DNA of 24,288 nucleotides from a virus (Duplodnaviria; Caudoviricetes). Of this stretch, positions 1 through 9,686 are shown piece after piece (the stretch's first letter is position 1; every line of letters begins with the position of its first letter). The notes below the pieces were generated by a model that was given only the letters and a program-made list of their open reading frames with translations, was not told the DNA's origin and did no database searches. Where the stretch lies: positions 1-24,288 of IMG/VR virus record IMGVR_UViG_3300049142_000039. The stretch is one strand, 5' to 3'. The position numbers and the translations under genes are program-made.

Positions 1-897
1 ATCACGGCGCCGATCTTCGAGAAGTCGGTGGAGGCCAGCGCGGTCATGGCGCTGGCCCGGCCGGCGCCGCTGGCCCTGGACGCGACCACGTCAGTGCCGA
101 TCCCGATGGACGTGCCGACCGCCGACTGGGTCGGCCAGGCGGCGAAGAAGCCGCTGTCCACCGGCGGCATCGACGTCAAGCAGATGCAGGCGAAGAAGGT
201 CGCCGTCCTCATCCCGGTCGCGATGGAGGTCGCCCGGACCAACACGGGCGGCCTGTACGACCAGCTGCAGAAGGATCTCCCCACGGCCTTCGCGAGGGCC
301 TTCGACCACGCGGCGATCCACGGCAAGACCATGAAGGGCGCCACCGGTCCGTTCACCGAGTACCTGGCGGCCACCTCTAAGAGCGTGGCTCTCGGAACGA
401 AGACGCAGGCACAGGGCGGCATCTGGGGTGACTTCGTCACCGGCATGAGCGAGGTCGTCGACGACGACTGGGACTACACCGGTACCGTCGCCGATCACCG
501 GCTGAAGCCGTCGCTGCTCCTGGCGACGGACACGACGGGCCGGCCGATCCTCGTGGACACGCAGACGCCGGGCACGAACATGGCGTCCGCTGGCACGCTG
601 ATTGGGGAGCCGCTGGCCTACTCCCGGTCGGTTTCGGGCAAGCAGCGCCGCCAGTCCGCGTCGACGGACACGGGTCTGCGGGCGATCGGCGGCGACTGGA
701 GTCAGGCGGCTTACGGCGTGGGGATGGACATCACGATCCGGATCTCCAACGAGGCCACCTACGTCGACGAGGACGGCGGCGTGCACTCCGCGTTCCAGGA
801 GAACCTGGTGCTGATCCTCGCCGAGGCCTACTACGGCTTCGTCATGGGCGATGTGGACGCGTTCGTGAAGTTCACCGGCACCCCGTCGGGCACCTGA
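1..897 (+). CDS. Major capsid protein, HK97-like (5'-truncated by window)
   Basis: Frame 1 is open from base 1 (ITAPIFEKSVEAS...). Capsid-like motifs (ADWVGQAAKKP, KKVAVLIPV, GDWSQAAYG, SAFQENLVLILAEAYYGF) and position upstream of head-tail genes. Confidence 0.9.
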   Translation: MTAPIFEKSVEASAVMALARPAPLALDATTSVPIPMDVPTADWVGQAAKKPLSTGGIDVKQMQAKKVAVLIPVAMEVARTNTGGLYDQLQKDLPTAFARAFDHAAIHGKTMKGATGPFTEYLAATSKSVALGTKTQAQGGIWGDFVTGMSEVVDDDWDYTGTVADHRLKPSLLLATDTTGRPILVDTQTPGTNMASAGTLIGEPLAYSRSVSGKQRRQSASTDTGLRAIGGDWSQAAYGVGMDITIRISNEATYVDEDGGVHSAFQENLVLILAEAYYGFVMGDVDAFVKFTGTPSGT

Positions 898-1928
898 TGG
901 GTACGGCTGTCCCGGCTTCCGCGCCGGGCGGGGCAGCCAAGCCCCTGAAGATCGTGGCCCGCGTGCATCTCATGCCGCCGGAGCACAACGCCGGGGCCGA
1001 GCACATGCTCGTGTCGATGCTCCGGCCGTTGGCAGAGCGCGGGCACGACGTGCAGGTGTGGCTGTCCCGGTATGGCAAGGCGGCCGAGGAGTACGAGTAC
1101 CGGGGTATCCGCGTGGTGCCGCTCGCGTCGCGGCTGGACTTCCCGACCGCAGTGCGCAAGGCGGATGTGTTGCTGGCGCATCTGGAGACTGTCCCGTCCA
1201 CAGCGTCGCTGGCCCGCGGCTACAGCAAGCCTCTCATCGTGGTGTGCCACAACACGCACCGGCAGACGTTCCGGGACGCCGCAGCGGGCGGTACGGCGCT
1301 GGCGGTCTACAACAGCCGCTGGATGGAGCGGGAGGCGGAGCTGTTCTTCGCTGAGTACCCGAAGGCCATCCGGCCCGAGGCGTCGCTGGTGGTGCGTCCG
1401 CCGGTGTTCGCCGACGAGTACGCGACGAAGCCCGGCAAGGCCATTACGCTGATCAACTGCAACCCGGAGAAGGGTGGCAAGGTACTTGCTGCCCTCGCCA
1501 AGCGGATGCCGGATCAGCAGTTCCTCGCAGTGAAGGGCGCCTACGGGGAGCAGGTCCTCCCGGACCTGTCGAACGTCGAGGTCGTCGAGCACGTCAAGGG
1601 CGAGGACATGCGGGAGCAGGTGTACGCCCATACCCGTGTCCTGCTGATGCCGTCCTCCTATGAGTCGTGGGGCCGGGCCGGCGTCGAGGCGCTGGCGAGC
1701 GGCATCCCTGTGGTGGCTCACCCGACGCCCGGCTTGTGCGAGTCGCTCGGCGAAGCTGGCGTCTTCGTGGACCGCAACGACATCGACGGCTACGAGGCGG
1801 TGCTGCGGAAGCTCGCGACGCCTGCCGAGTACCGGCTGGCGTCGAAGAGGGCGAAGGCCCGATCGGCTGAGCTCGATCCGGCTGCTGATCTGGCGGCCTG
1901 GTGCTGCGCTGTGGAGTCCCTGGCCTGA
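897..1928 (+). CDS. Glycosyltransferase, GT-B fold, GT4-like
   Basis: N-terminal AGAE motif and LAERGHDVQV; EKGG; E-x7-E motif ESWGRAGVEALASGIPVVA. Start overlaps the capsid stop (TGATG). Confidence 0.92.
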   Translation: MGTAVPASAPGGAAKPLKIVARVHLMPPEHNAGAEHMLVSMLRPLAERGHDVQVWLSRYGKAAEEYEYRGIRVVPLASRLDFPTAVRKADVLLAHLETVPSTASLARGYSKPLIVVCHNTHRQTFRDAAAGGTALAVYNSRWMEREAELFFAEYPKAIRPEASLVVRPPVFADEYATKPGKAITLINCNPEKGGKVLAALAKRMPDQQFLAVKGAYGEQVLPDLSNVEVVEHVKGEDMREQVYAHTRVLLMPSSYESWGRAGVEALASGIPVVAHPTPGLCESLGEAGVFVDRNDIDGYEAVLRKLATPAEYRLASKRAKARSAELDPAADLAAWCCAVESLA

Positions 1929-1937
1929 GGAGGCGGC

Positions 1938-2351
1938 ATGGCATTCGTCCCTCCCACCGCTGAGCAGCTCGGCCTGTACCTGGGCCTGGGCGAGATCGAA
2001 GGGGCTCGGGCTGACCTTCTGATTCAGACGGCGATCAGCCTGTGCCAGACGATCGTGAAGCCCCTCCCTGAGGGCGCCGAGGCGGTCGTTCTGTCGGTCG
2101 CCGGCCGGGCTTACGTCAACCCTCAGCAGGTGTCCTACGAGACGATCGGCCCGATGTCGGTGCAGCGCCCTCAGGGTTCTGGTGGCCTGTACCTGACGAA
2201 GGGCGACAAGTCGGCACTCAAGTCCCTGGCGGGCAGGGGCGGCGCATTCACGGTCGATCCGACACCGGACTCGGCGGACCCGTCACCGACCTGGCCGATC
2301 GACGATGCGGGCTTCGCGGACGAGTTCGAACCGGGCTGGGGGTACAGCTGA
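1938..2351 (+). CDS. Head-to-tail adaptor/connector
   Basis: GGAGG RBS; motif RAYVNPQQVSYETIGPMS...GGLYLT typical of actinophage adaptors; position. Confidence 0.75.
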   Translation: MAFVPPTAEQLGLYLGLGEIEGARADLLIQTAISLCQTIVKPLPEGAEAVVLSVAGRAYVNPQQVSYETIGPMSVQRPQGSGGLYLTKGDKSALKSLAGRGGAFTVDPTPDSADPSPTWPIDDAGFADEFEPGWGYS

Positions 2352-2719
2352 TGCCTGCCCCTTCGCCGTACCCGTTCGGGGAGACGGTGGTGCGACGGCG
2401 TCGCGGCCCGTCCCCGGGGCGAGATGGCCGCGGTCAGCCGATCCCCGGTCCTCTGGTAGACACGCCGGTCAACGGTGTGGTGGTGACGCCGCGGCAGGAA
2501 TCTCCGCAGGTCGGCGGTGACCAGCAGCAGGCGCGGGACACCGTCATCGTCGGCTGGACGGTGTACGACCCGACCGGCACCGACTGGCGCACTACCGACC
2601 AGGTAGTGATCCGCGGCGTGGTCTGTGAGATCACCGGCGAGCCCGGTGACTGGGGCCGCTCACCGTTCACCGGAAGCCGCGGCGTCGTCCAGTTCGCCGC
2701 CGACCGTGTCACTGGCTGA
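2351..2719 (+). CDS. Head closure/stopper protein
   Basis: TGATG coupling; beta-rich 122 aa with DQVVIRG...EITGEP; position. Confidence 0.7.
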   Translation: MPAPSPYPFGETVVRRRRGPSPGRDGRGQPIPGPLVDTPVNGVVVTPRQESPQVGGDQQQARDTVIVGWTVYDPTGTDWRTTDQVVIRGVVCEITGEPGDWGRSPFTGSRGVVQFAADRVTG

Positions 2720-2733
2720 GCGAAGGAGGCTCC

Positions 2734-3060
2734 GTGGCTGCCAGGTTCAAGGTGAAGCGGAAGGGCATCGGCGAGATGCTGCGGATGCCCGGGATGCAGG
2801 CGGAGATGGAACGCCGCGCCGAGATCATCAAGACAGTGGCGCAAGCAACCTCTCCTGTCGACCCGAACAGTCCTCACCCGGGCCACTACAAGGCGTCATG
2901 GGAGACCGACAGCACGCGGCGGGGCGGCCGGCGCCGTGACCGTGCCACGGCATACGTGCGGAACACCGCGTACTACGCCCGGTGGGTGGAGTACGGCACC
3001 GAGCGGGTGCCCGCGCACCACGTGCTGCTGAGGGCGGCGCAGATCGGCGGCCGGAACTGA
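2734..3060 (+). CDS. HK97 gp10-like tail completion/neck protein
   Basis: AGGAGG RBS, GTG start; motifs SPVD...GHYKASW and YARWVEYGT. Confidence 0.8.
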   Translation: MAARFKVKRKGIGEMLRMPGMQAEMERRAEIIKTVAQATSPVDPNSPHPGHYKASWETDSTRRGGRRRDRATAYVRNTAYYARWVEYGTERVPAHHVLLRAAQIGGRN

Positions 3061-3432
3061 TGACCGCGATCCTCGACATCGAGGCGGAGCTCATTCCCTG
3101 CCGCCGTGGTGCGGGACGAGCTGGACAACAATCTGGTCAACGAGCTGCCGACGATTCAGTTCGAACAGATCCCTGGCGGCGGCGATGACGGGGCGAAGCT
3201 GGCCCGGATGCTCGTCGACATGAACGTGTACGCCGCCACAAGGGCGGAAGCGTTCACGCTGGCTCGTGTAGTGCACGACTGGATCACCCGCGAGCTGCGG
3301 GGCTCGACCAGCCCCACCGCCGTTATCGGCCGCACCGGATGCCTCGCCCTGCCGGCGATCCGTCCCTACGAGAACACAGGACTTCGCCGCGTCGGCGGCA
3401 CCTACGAGATCTACTGCCACCCGGTCTCCTGA
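3060..3432 (+). pseudogene. Tail terminator protein, frame broken at about 3099/3100
   Basis: Coupled ATG at 3060 (TGATG) gives MTAILDIEAELIP, while the terminator-like body (VVRDELDNNL...VDMNVYAATRAEA...) lies in another frame (3100-3432). Could be an assembly error. Confidence 0.65.
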
Positions 3433-3441
3433 CCGGCTTTT
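3421..3441 (+). terminator. Short hairpin with T-run after the tail terminator gene
   Basis: CCGGTC-TCCT-GACCGG followed by CTTTTT. Confidence 0.35.
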
Positions 3442-3502
3442 GGGCCCGCGCCGGACCCCAGTTCCCGCCCGTGCGCGGGCTTCACGCATGTCTGGAGACA
3501 TC

Positions 3503-4090
3503 ATGGTCAACATCACCCGCGCTGCGGATCTCCTCGAAGTGGGGGCCAACGGCGGCGGCTGGACGGCGCCGCTGGGCACGACGTCGCCCGGCGACCCGGC
3601 GATCCAGCCGGTCGCGCCGTGGCTGCCGCTCGGTGCGATCAGCGACGACGGTCTGACGCAGGGCTTCGACGAGGACTCCGAGTCGTTCACCCCGTGGGGT
3701 CTGACGGCTCCGGTGAGGACGACGATCACCTCGTCGCTGCGGACGTTCGGGCTGACGGTGTGGGAGACGGGCCGGGACACGGTCCAGTCCCTGCAGTACC
3801 GGATCCCGGTCGCCGATCTGGCGCCGACGGCGGGCCTTACCTCGTTCGCGGAGACGGCCTCGCCGGCGCCGGACCGGCGGGCGTTCTGGTTCATCGTCCT
3901 CGACGGCGACAACTTCCAGCGCGGCTTCTACGTCCCCGAGGGCGAGATCACCGAGCGCAGCGACGTCTCGCACAAGCAAGACGAAATCGCCGGGTTCGAG
4001 TGGACGATCACCGCCTACCCCGACCAGGCCGGCAACACGGTCTACCACTTCGACCGGGTGCCGGAGACCGCGGACTACACGGGGTCCTGA
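3503..4090 (+). CDS. Major tail (tube) protein
   Basis: GGAG RBS before ATG 3503 (preferred to TTG 3440); motif LGAISDDGL...FTPWG; EWTITAYPD; directly before the chaperone genes. Confidence 0.85.
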   Translation: MVNITRAADLLEVGANGGGWTAPLGTTSPGDPAIQPVAPWLPLGAISDDGLTQGFDEDSESFTPWGLTAPVRTTITSSLRTFGLTVWETGRDTVQSLQYRIPVADLAPTAGLTSFAETASPAPDRRAFWFIVLDGDNFQRGFYVPEGEITERSDVSHKQDEIAGFEWTITAYPDQAGNTVYHFDRVPETADYTGS

Positions 4091-4093
4091 GCT

Positions 4094-4151
4094 GGTGGGC
4101 GGGCCGATCACCGTCGGCGCGGGCCCGGCCCGCCCACCTTTCCTTTTCCTT
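4094..4151 (+). terminator. Intrinsic terminator-like hairpin after the tail tube gene
   Basis: Perfect 13-bp stem GGTGGGCGGGCCG (4094-4106)/CGGCCCGCCCACC (4126-4138), then TTTCCTTTTCCTT. Confidence 0.7.
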
Positions 4152-4182
4152 GCCCGCGCCTGAGAGATGAGGAGCCCGCGCC

Positions 4183-4620
4183 GTGGCAGCCACGAGCAAG
4201 AACACCACCACCAGCAGGAAGCCGCGTACCGCGGCCCGAGCCGCATCCCGTCCCGGGACGTCGCGGCGGACGGTCGAGCCTGACGTCGAGCCGGACATCG
4301 AGGAGACTGAGGTGTCGGCGGCGGAGGCGCAGGAGATCGAGGCGGACGGCTACGTCGCCGCCGAACTGTGTGGCCAGGAGGTACTGGTCGTGCCTCCGTC
4401 GATGTGGCGGGCGTCGTGGCAGCGCGCCCTGAATCAGGGGAACATCGACCTCTTCGCAGAAAAGATCCTCCACCCGGACGACTTCGACTACTTCCTCGAG
4501 GTCGATCCGACGATCGAGGAGTGGCTGGCGTTCGTCGAGGATGCGAGCAGCCGGTCCGGTGAGAGCCTGGGAAAGTCCAGGGCACGATCGCGATCTGGCA
4601 GGCCCACGCGGAGGCGGTAG
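4183..4620 (+). CDS. Tail assembly chaperone (gpG-like)
   Basis: GAGGAG RBS, GTG start; lies between tail tube and tape measure; slippery site near the 3' end. Confidence 0.85.
   Translation: MAATSKNTTTSRKPRTAARAASRPGTSRRTVEPDVEPDIEETEVSAAEAQEIEADGYVAAELCGQEVLVVPPSMWRASWQRALNQGNIDLFAEKILHPDDFDYFLEVDPTIEEWLAFVEDASSRSGESLGKSRARSRSGRPTRRR
4569..4575 (+). promoter_or_regulatory. -1 programmed ribosomal frameshift site G GGA AAG
   Basis: X XXY YYZ heptamer in frame (...CTG GGA AAG = LGK), the same heptamer as lambda G-T; the -1 frame is open to 5024. Confidence 0.9.
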
Positions 4621-5024
4621 AGGCCGACCTGATCGACCGGCACTACGACATCGCTGAGGTGCTGGACGGGCGGCGGTCGTGGCGGTGGCTGCGCGTGTTC
4701 ATCGAGCATCTGCCGCCCGAATCGCACACCATGACCGCCCTCCGCAACGCTCTCACCCCTGAGCAGCTCGCCGCCCAGGCGGACAAGGGCGAGCCCGAGA
4801 AGGGCCGCTGGTCCCAGTTGGAGCAGCTGATCGCCGCCTCCTACGACCGGCTCGGTGCGATCGAGTACGTGCTGCGGTGCGTGAACACCGACAAGAAGTC
4901 GAAGATGCCGGACCCGCCTGAGCCCATGCGCCGGCCGGGCGCGAAGCCGCGGAAGAAGAAGGCCAAGCTCACCGAGAAGTCAGCGGATCGACTGTTGCAA
5001 CTGCTGCAAGGGGGCGCCGCGTAG
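4569..5024 (+). CDS. Tail assembly chaperone, frameshift extension (gpGT C-terminal part)
   Basis: -1 frame reads KVQGTIAIWQAHAEAVEADLIDRHY...SWRWLRVFIEHLPPES..., continuous with ORF 4659-5024. Confidence 0.85.
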   Translation, partial: GKVQGTIAIWQAHAEAVEADLIDRHYDIAEVLDGRRSWRWLRVFIEHLPPESHTMTALRNALTPEQLAAQADKGEPEKGRWSQLEQLIAASYDRLGAIEYVLRCVNTDKKSKMPDPPEPMRRPGAKPRKKKAKLTEKSADRLLQLLQGGAA

Positions 5025-5045
5025 GGCGCCGGGAGGAGGCTCCTG

Positions 5046-8000
5046 GTGCCTGCCATTTCCGTTGGCTCCGTCGAGGTCGATGTTCTGCCCAACGCGCAGG
5101 GGATCCAGGGGCGCCTCCGGGCGGCTCTGGTGCCGCCTGCGTCGCGGATCGGTGACGAGGTCGGTCGGATCATCGGCCGTCAGATCGCCGCGCACATCGC
5201 CCCTGCTGTTCGGGACGGCATTCAGGGGGGTGCTCGGGCGGCTCGTCCTGCGGCGACTCGGGGCGGGGAGCAGGCTGGTGGGGCGTTCGCCCGGTCGCTG
5301 CGGGCCCGGCTGGAGGCCGCGTTCCGCAGCATGCCCAAGCTGGATGTCCGTCTCGGCGACACGGGTATCGATGCCGACCTGGCCCGGCTGCGTGCCCGGC
5401 TGGAGTCCCTGGCCGGCAAGACGATCGGCATCGACATCGACGCGGAGACGGCTCGCGCGCAGGCCGCGGACATCGAGGAGCGTCTGCAGAGGATCGGCGC
5501 CGCCCACCCCAATGTGGCTGTGCGCGCGGACACCGCGGCGGCGATCGCTCAGCTGAGGCTGCTGCGGGAGCAGATCGACGAGGTCAGCCGTGACCCGGCA
5601 CGGATCCGTGTGGAGACGGACGGCAACCTGGGCGCGAGGCTGCGCGCGGCGGTGCAGTCGGCTGAGGCGTCCCTTCCGAATGTCAACATCACGGCGGACA
5701 CGACGCCGGCTGAGCTGGAGATTGCCCGGCTGCGGGCGCAGCTGACGGCGCTGCGGGATGCCCGGATCGGTATTGACATCGACGCGGCCACGGCCATGGC
5801 GCGTCTGGAGGAGGTACAGGCGCGGCTTGCGCGGCTGTCCACCTCGGACGCCGACGTGTCGATGCGGGTGCGGCGTCGGCACAGCTTGTGGCGTTCCAGG
5901 CGCTCGTGCGGCGCCTGGACGGTCGCGGCATCCAGGTTCACATCGACGCGATCAACGCGGTGGCCGGTATCCGGCTGCTCACTGGTGTCGCGCTCACGCT
6001 GGGGCCGGCGCTGCTTCCGGTGCTGCCGGTGGCGGCTGCCGGTCTGGGGGCGATCGCGGCTGCGGCTACGGCCGCGGCGGTGGGTGTCGGCTCGATCGCT
6101 CTGGTGGCTGTGCCCGCGTTCATGCAGATGGGCAAGGTCATGCAGGCCCAGAAGGCTGCCCAGGATGCGGCGACGCAGGCTTCGCTGCAGGGCGGTCAGG
6201 CGGCATCGCAGGGCGCTCAGAAGGCAATGCAGATGGCTGGCGCGCAGCAGTCGCTGGCGACAGCGCACCGGAACGCTGCCCGGCAGATCTCGCAGGCTGA
6301 GCAGGGCATTTCCGACGCTGTCCGGAATGCGGCGGAGGCGAACGAGCGCGCAGCAGACCAGGTTAAGCAGGCCCGGCAGGGTCTGGCGGACGCGGTGCAG
6401 CAGGCCGCGGACCGGCAGCGGCAGGCCGCCGAGCAGGTCCGCACGGCCGAGGACTCCCTCGCTGACGCGCAGCGCGACGCGCGCCGGGCGCAGGAGGATC
6501 TGAACCAGGCCCGTCTCGACGCTGCGCAGCAGTTGGAGGACTTGCAGTCCCGGCTCGCCAACGCGCAGCTCAGTGAGCGGGACGCGGTCCTGTCGGTCGA
6601 GGAGGCCCGGCAGCGGCTCCAGCAGGTGCAGGCTGCGGGGTCCAAGGCCACGCTGCTCGACCAGCAGCGCGCCCAGCTCGCCTACGACCAGGCGGTGCAG
6701 CGCCTCAAGGATCAGCGGGACGAGACGAAGGATCTCACTGCGGAGCAGAAGGCTGCGCAGAAGGCTGGTGTCGAGGGTTCGGAGACGGTCCGGCAGGCGC
6801 AGGAGCGGCTGCGGGACGCCGAGGAGCGGGTCACTGACCAGCAGCGGTCGTTGGCGAAGGCCCGGGAGGATGCGGCTCGGCAGCAGGTGCAGTCGCAGCG
6901 GGACATCGCTGAGGCGCAGGACCGTGTGGCTGAGGCGCAGCGGAATGTCGCCCGTACCCAGGAGGACGGGGCCCGGTCGGTTGCGCGGGCTCAGGAGCAG
7001 CTTGCGCAGGCTCAGGAGTCGGCTGCGGATTCGATCGCTTCGGCTCAGCGTCAGATTGCCTCCGCGTCGCTTTCGGCGGCCGGGGGCGTCGATCAGGCTG
7101 CCCTGGCGCAGGCCAAATATCAGGCTGAGCTGGCAAAGCTGACGCCTTCGGCCGGGGAGACGTATGACGCGTTCCTCGGGCTGAAGGACGCGTTCAGCGC
7201 CTGGTCGAAGTCGCTGCAGCCCGCCGTGATGCCGATCTTCACGCGGGCGATCCAGGCGTTGACGCGGGCGCTGCCGGCCCTCACGCCGTTCGTGACGGAA
7301 GCTGCGAGCGCGATCCAGACGCTGATGGACAAGGCGTCGGCCGATCTGAAGACACCGTTCTGGAAGGGTTTCAAGGACGACCTGCAGACGTCGGTGAAGC
7401 CCGCGATCATCGGGCTCGGCACGGCGTTCGGCAACATTTTCAAGGGCATGGCGGGGGTAGTCGGCGCCTTCTTGCCGCACATGGATTCGATCTCCCAGAA
7501 GATGCAGGACGTCACTGGGAGGTTCGCTGACTGGGCTGGCGGCCTGAAGGCGTCGCCAGACTTCCAGCGGTTCCTGCAGTACAGCTCCGACATGGCGCCG
7601 AAACTCTGGGAGGCGTTGCGGCAGATCGCGGGTGCCGCGATCTCCATCGCCACGGCCATGTCGCCGATCTCCTCCGTCGTGCTGGGCGCTGTGGCGTCGG
7701 TCGCTGACGGTGTCGGATGGCTCGCCGACAACGCTCCGTGGCTCATCCAGGGCATCTACGGCATCGTCGTCGCGATGACGGCATGGCGTCTGGCCATGCT
7801 GGCGTGGCGTGGCGCGACCCTGCTGGCGACAGCGGCAATGGCGGCATTCCATCTGATCTCCATGGCGGGCCCGTGGGGCTGGATCGTCCTAGCCGTCCTC
7901 GGCGTGGTCGCCGTGATCTACCTGCTGTGGACCAAGTGCGAGTGGTTCCGTACAGCGGTCAAGGCCGTCTGGGACGGGATCAAGGCCGGTGCGGTCGCGG

Positions 8001-9676
8001 TGCGCGACTGGTTCGCCGGCCCGTTCGCCCAGTTCTGGACCCAGACGATTCCTAGCTGGGCGCGGATGCTCAAGGAAAAGGTGCTCGGCTGGTGGGATGC
8101 GCTGAAGCGTGGTTTGTCTGACGGCTGGAACTGGATCAAGACGTGGGTGTTCTCGCCGATCGGCAGCTTCTTCACGCAGACCATTCCGAGTTGGAGCCGC
8201 ATCATGCGGGACCGGACCGTCGGCGCCTGGAACGGGCTGCGGGACGGGTTCCGTGACGGCTGGGACTGGTTGAAGAGGTGGGTGTTCTCTCCCATCGGCA
8301 CCTTCTTCACGAAGATCGTGCCGGACTGGGGAACGAGGCTGAAGGACCGCATGGTCGGCGCGTTCGAGGCGGCCAGGGATGGGATCGAAGACGCCTGGAT
8401 GGACCTGAAGCGGATCGCGCGAGAGCCCATCCAGTACGTGGTCGACATCGTCTACAACAAGGGCATCGTCGGCGTATGGAACAAGGTGGCGACCGCGTTC
8501 GGCGCCGACAAGTTGCAGGAGTTCAAGTTCGCCCGCGGTGGCGTCATGCCCGGATACACCCCGGGCCGTGACGTGCACCGTTTCGTCTCGCCGACCGGTG
8601 GCGCGCTCGAACTCTCGGGTGGCGAGGCCATCATGCGGCCCGAGTTCACCCGGGCCGTGGGCAGCAACTTCGTGCACTCCATGAACGCGATCGCCCGGTC
8701 CCGTGGTGCGAGCGGCATCAAGGCGGCCCTCGCCCCGTCGTTCGGCGGGAACCCGAACACGCCGACGGACACGACGCTGCGCTACAAGGACGGCGGCATC
8801 TTCGGATGGATCGGCTCCGGGCTGAACAAGGTCGCTGGCGCCGGATCCGCTGTCTGGAACAAGGTCAAGGAGGGCGCCTCGTGGTTGGGCGACGGGCTGG
8901 AGGCGTCAGCCCGTGCCGGCGTCCGGCACGTCGTCGACCCGCTGTTGAAGTCGTTCCCCGGCATGGACAGCGGCTTCGGCAGGATGATCCGTCGCATCCC
9001 CAACAGGATCATTGACGCGTTGTTCGGCTACTCGAAGGAGGCTGACAAGAAGGGCGGCGGTGGTGTCGGCGGGCCGAAGGTTAAGGCTGCGCTGAACTGG
9101 GCGAAGACCCAAAACGGCAAGCCCTACCAGTGGGCCGGTAACGGCAACCCCAGCTGGGACTGCTCCGGGTTCATGTCGGCGATCGAGTCGGTCCTGCGGG
9201 GCCAGAAGCCGCACCGCCGTTGGGCGACGATGGCGTTCCAGGGGAAGACCGCGCCCCCTGGCTGGGAGTATCACGGCGAGTCCCCGTTCCGGATCGGCAT
9301 CACGAATGCGGGTGTCGGCCACACCGCGGGCACCCTCGGCAAGACGAACGTCGAGTCCCGCGGTGGAGACGGTGTCGTCGTCGGATCCCGGGCCCGCGGG
9401 TACAAGGACCGGCTGTTCACCGACTGGTACGGGTTCATGCCTGGCAAGTTCGACAACGGCGGCATGCTCCAGCCGGGCTTCAACTTGGCCTACAACGGCA
9501 CCGGCCGGCCCGAACCGGTTCTGACCGGCTCCCAGTTCAATGCGCTGGCCCGAAGCGGTGGCGACGGCCCGATCACGGTGGAGATCAACACGCAAGACCG
9601 GGCGCTGGCGGACTTCATCGACGTCCGCGTCCACCGCAACAACCAGGAACTGATCTCCGTCATCAACGCGAGCTGA
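5046..9676 (+). pseudogene. Tape measure protein with C-terminal NlpC/P60-like domain; frame break at about 5857
   Basis: GGAGGAGG RBS + GTG 5046; Ala/Gln coiled coil, hydrophobic segment, Trp-periodic repeats, PYQWAG...DCSG...GHTA. Split across two frames (5046 frame and 5858-9676). Confidence 0.85.
8033..8330 (+). repeat. Three imperfect 135-nt (45-aa) repeats within the tape measure gene
   Basis: FWTQTIPSW (8033), FFTQTIPSW (8168), FFTKIVPDW (8303) at exact 135-nt spacing. Confidence 0.7.
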
Positions 9677-9686
9677 GGAGGTCACC

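Noticed and set aside
5858-6503. C-terminal part of the 485-aa ORF as a real protein, or a programmed frameshift
   Set aside because: Arg-rich off-frame translation after the break; no slippery heptamer, and the internal repeat indicates a deletion.
5549-7852. Long minus-strand ORFs (also 9831-11621, 18159-19301, 20721-21710)
   Set aside because: Antisense shadows expected from high-GC3 coding; no recognisable motifs.
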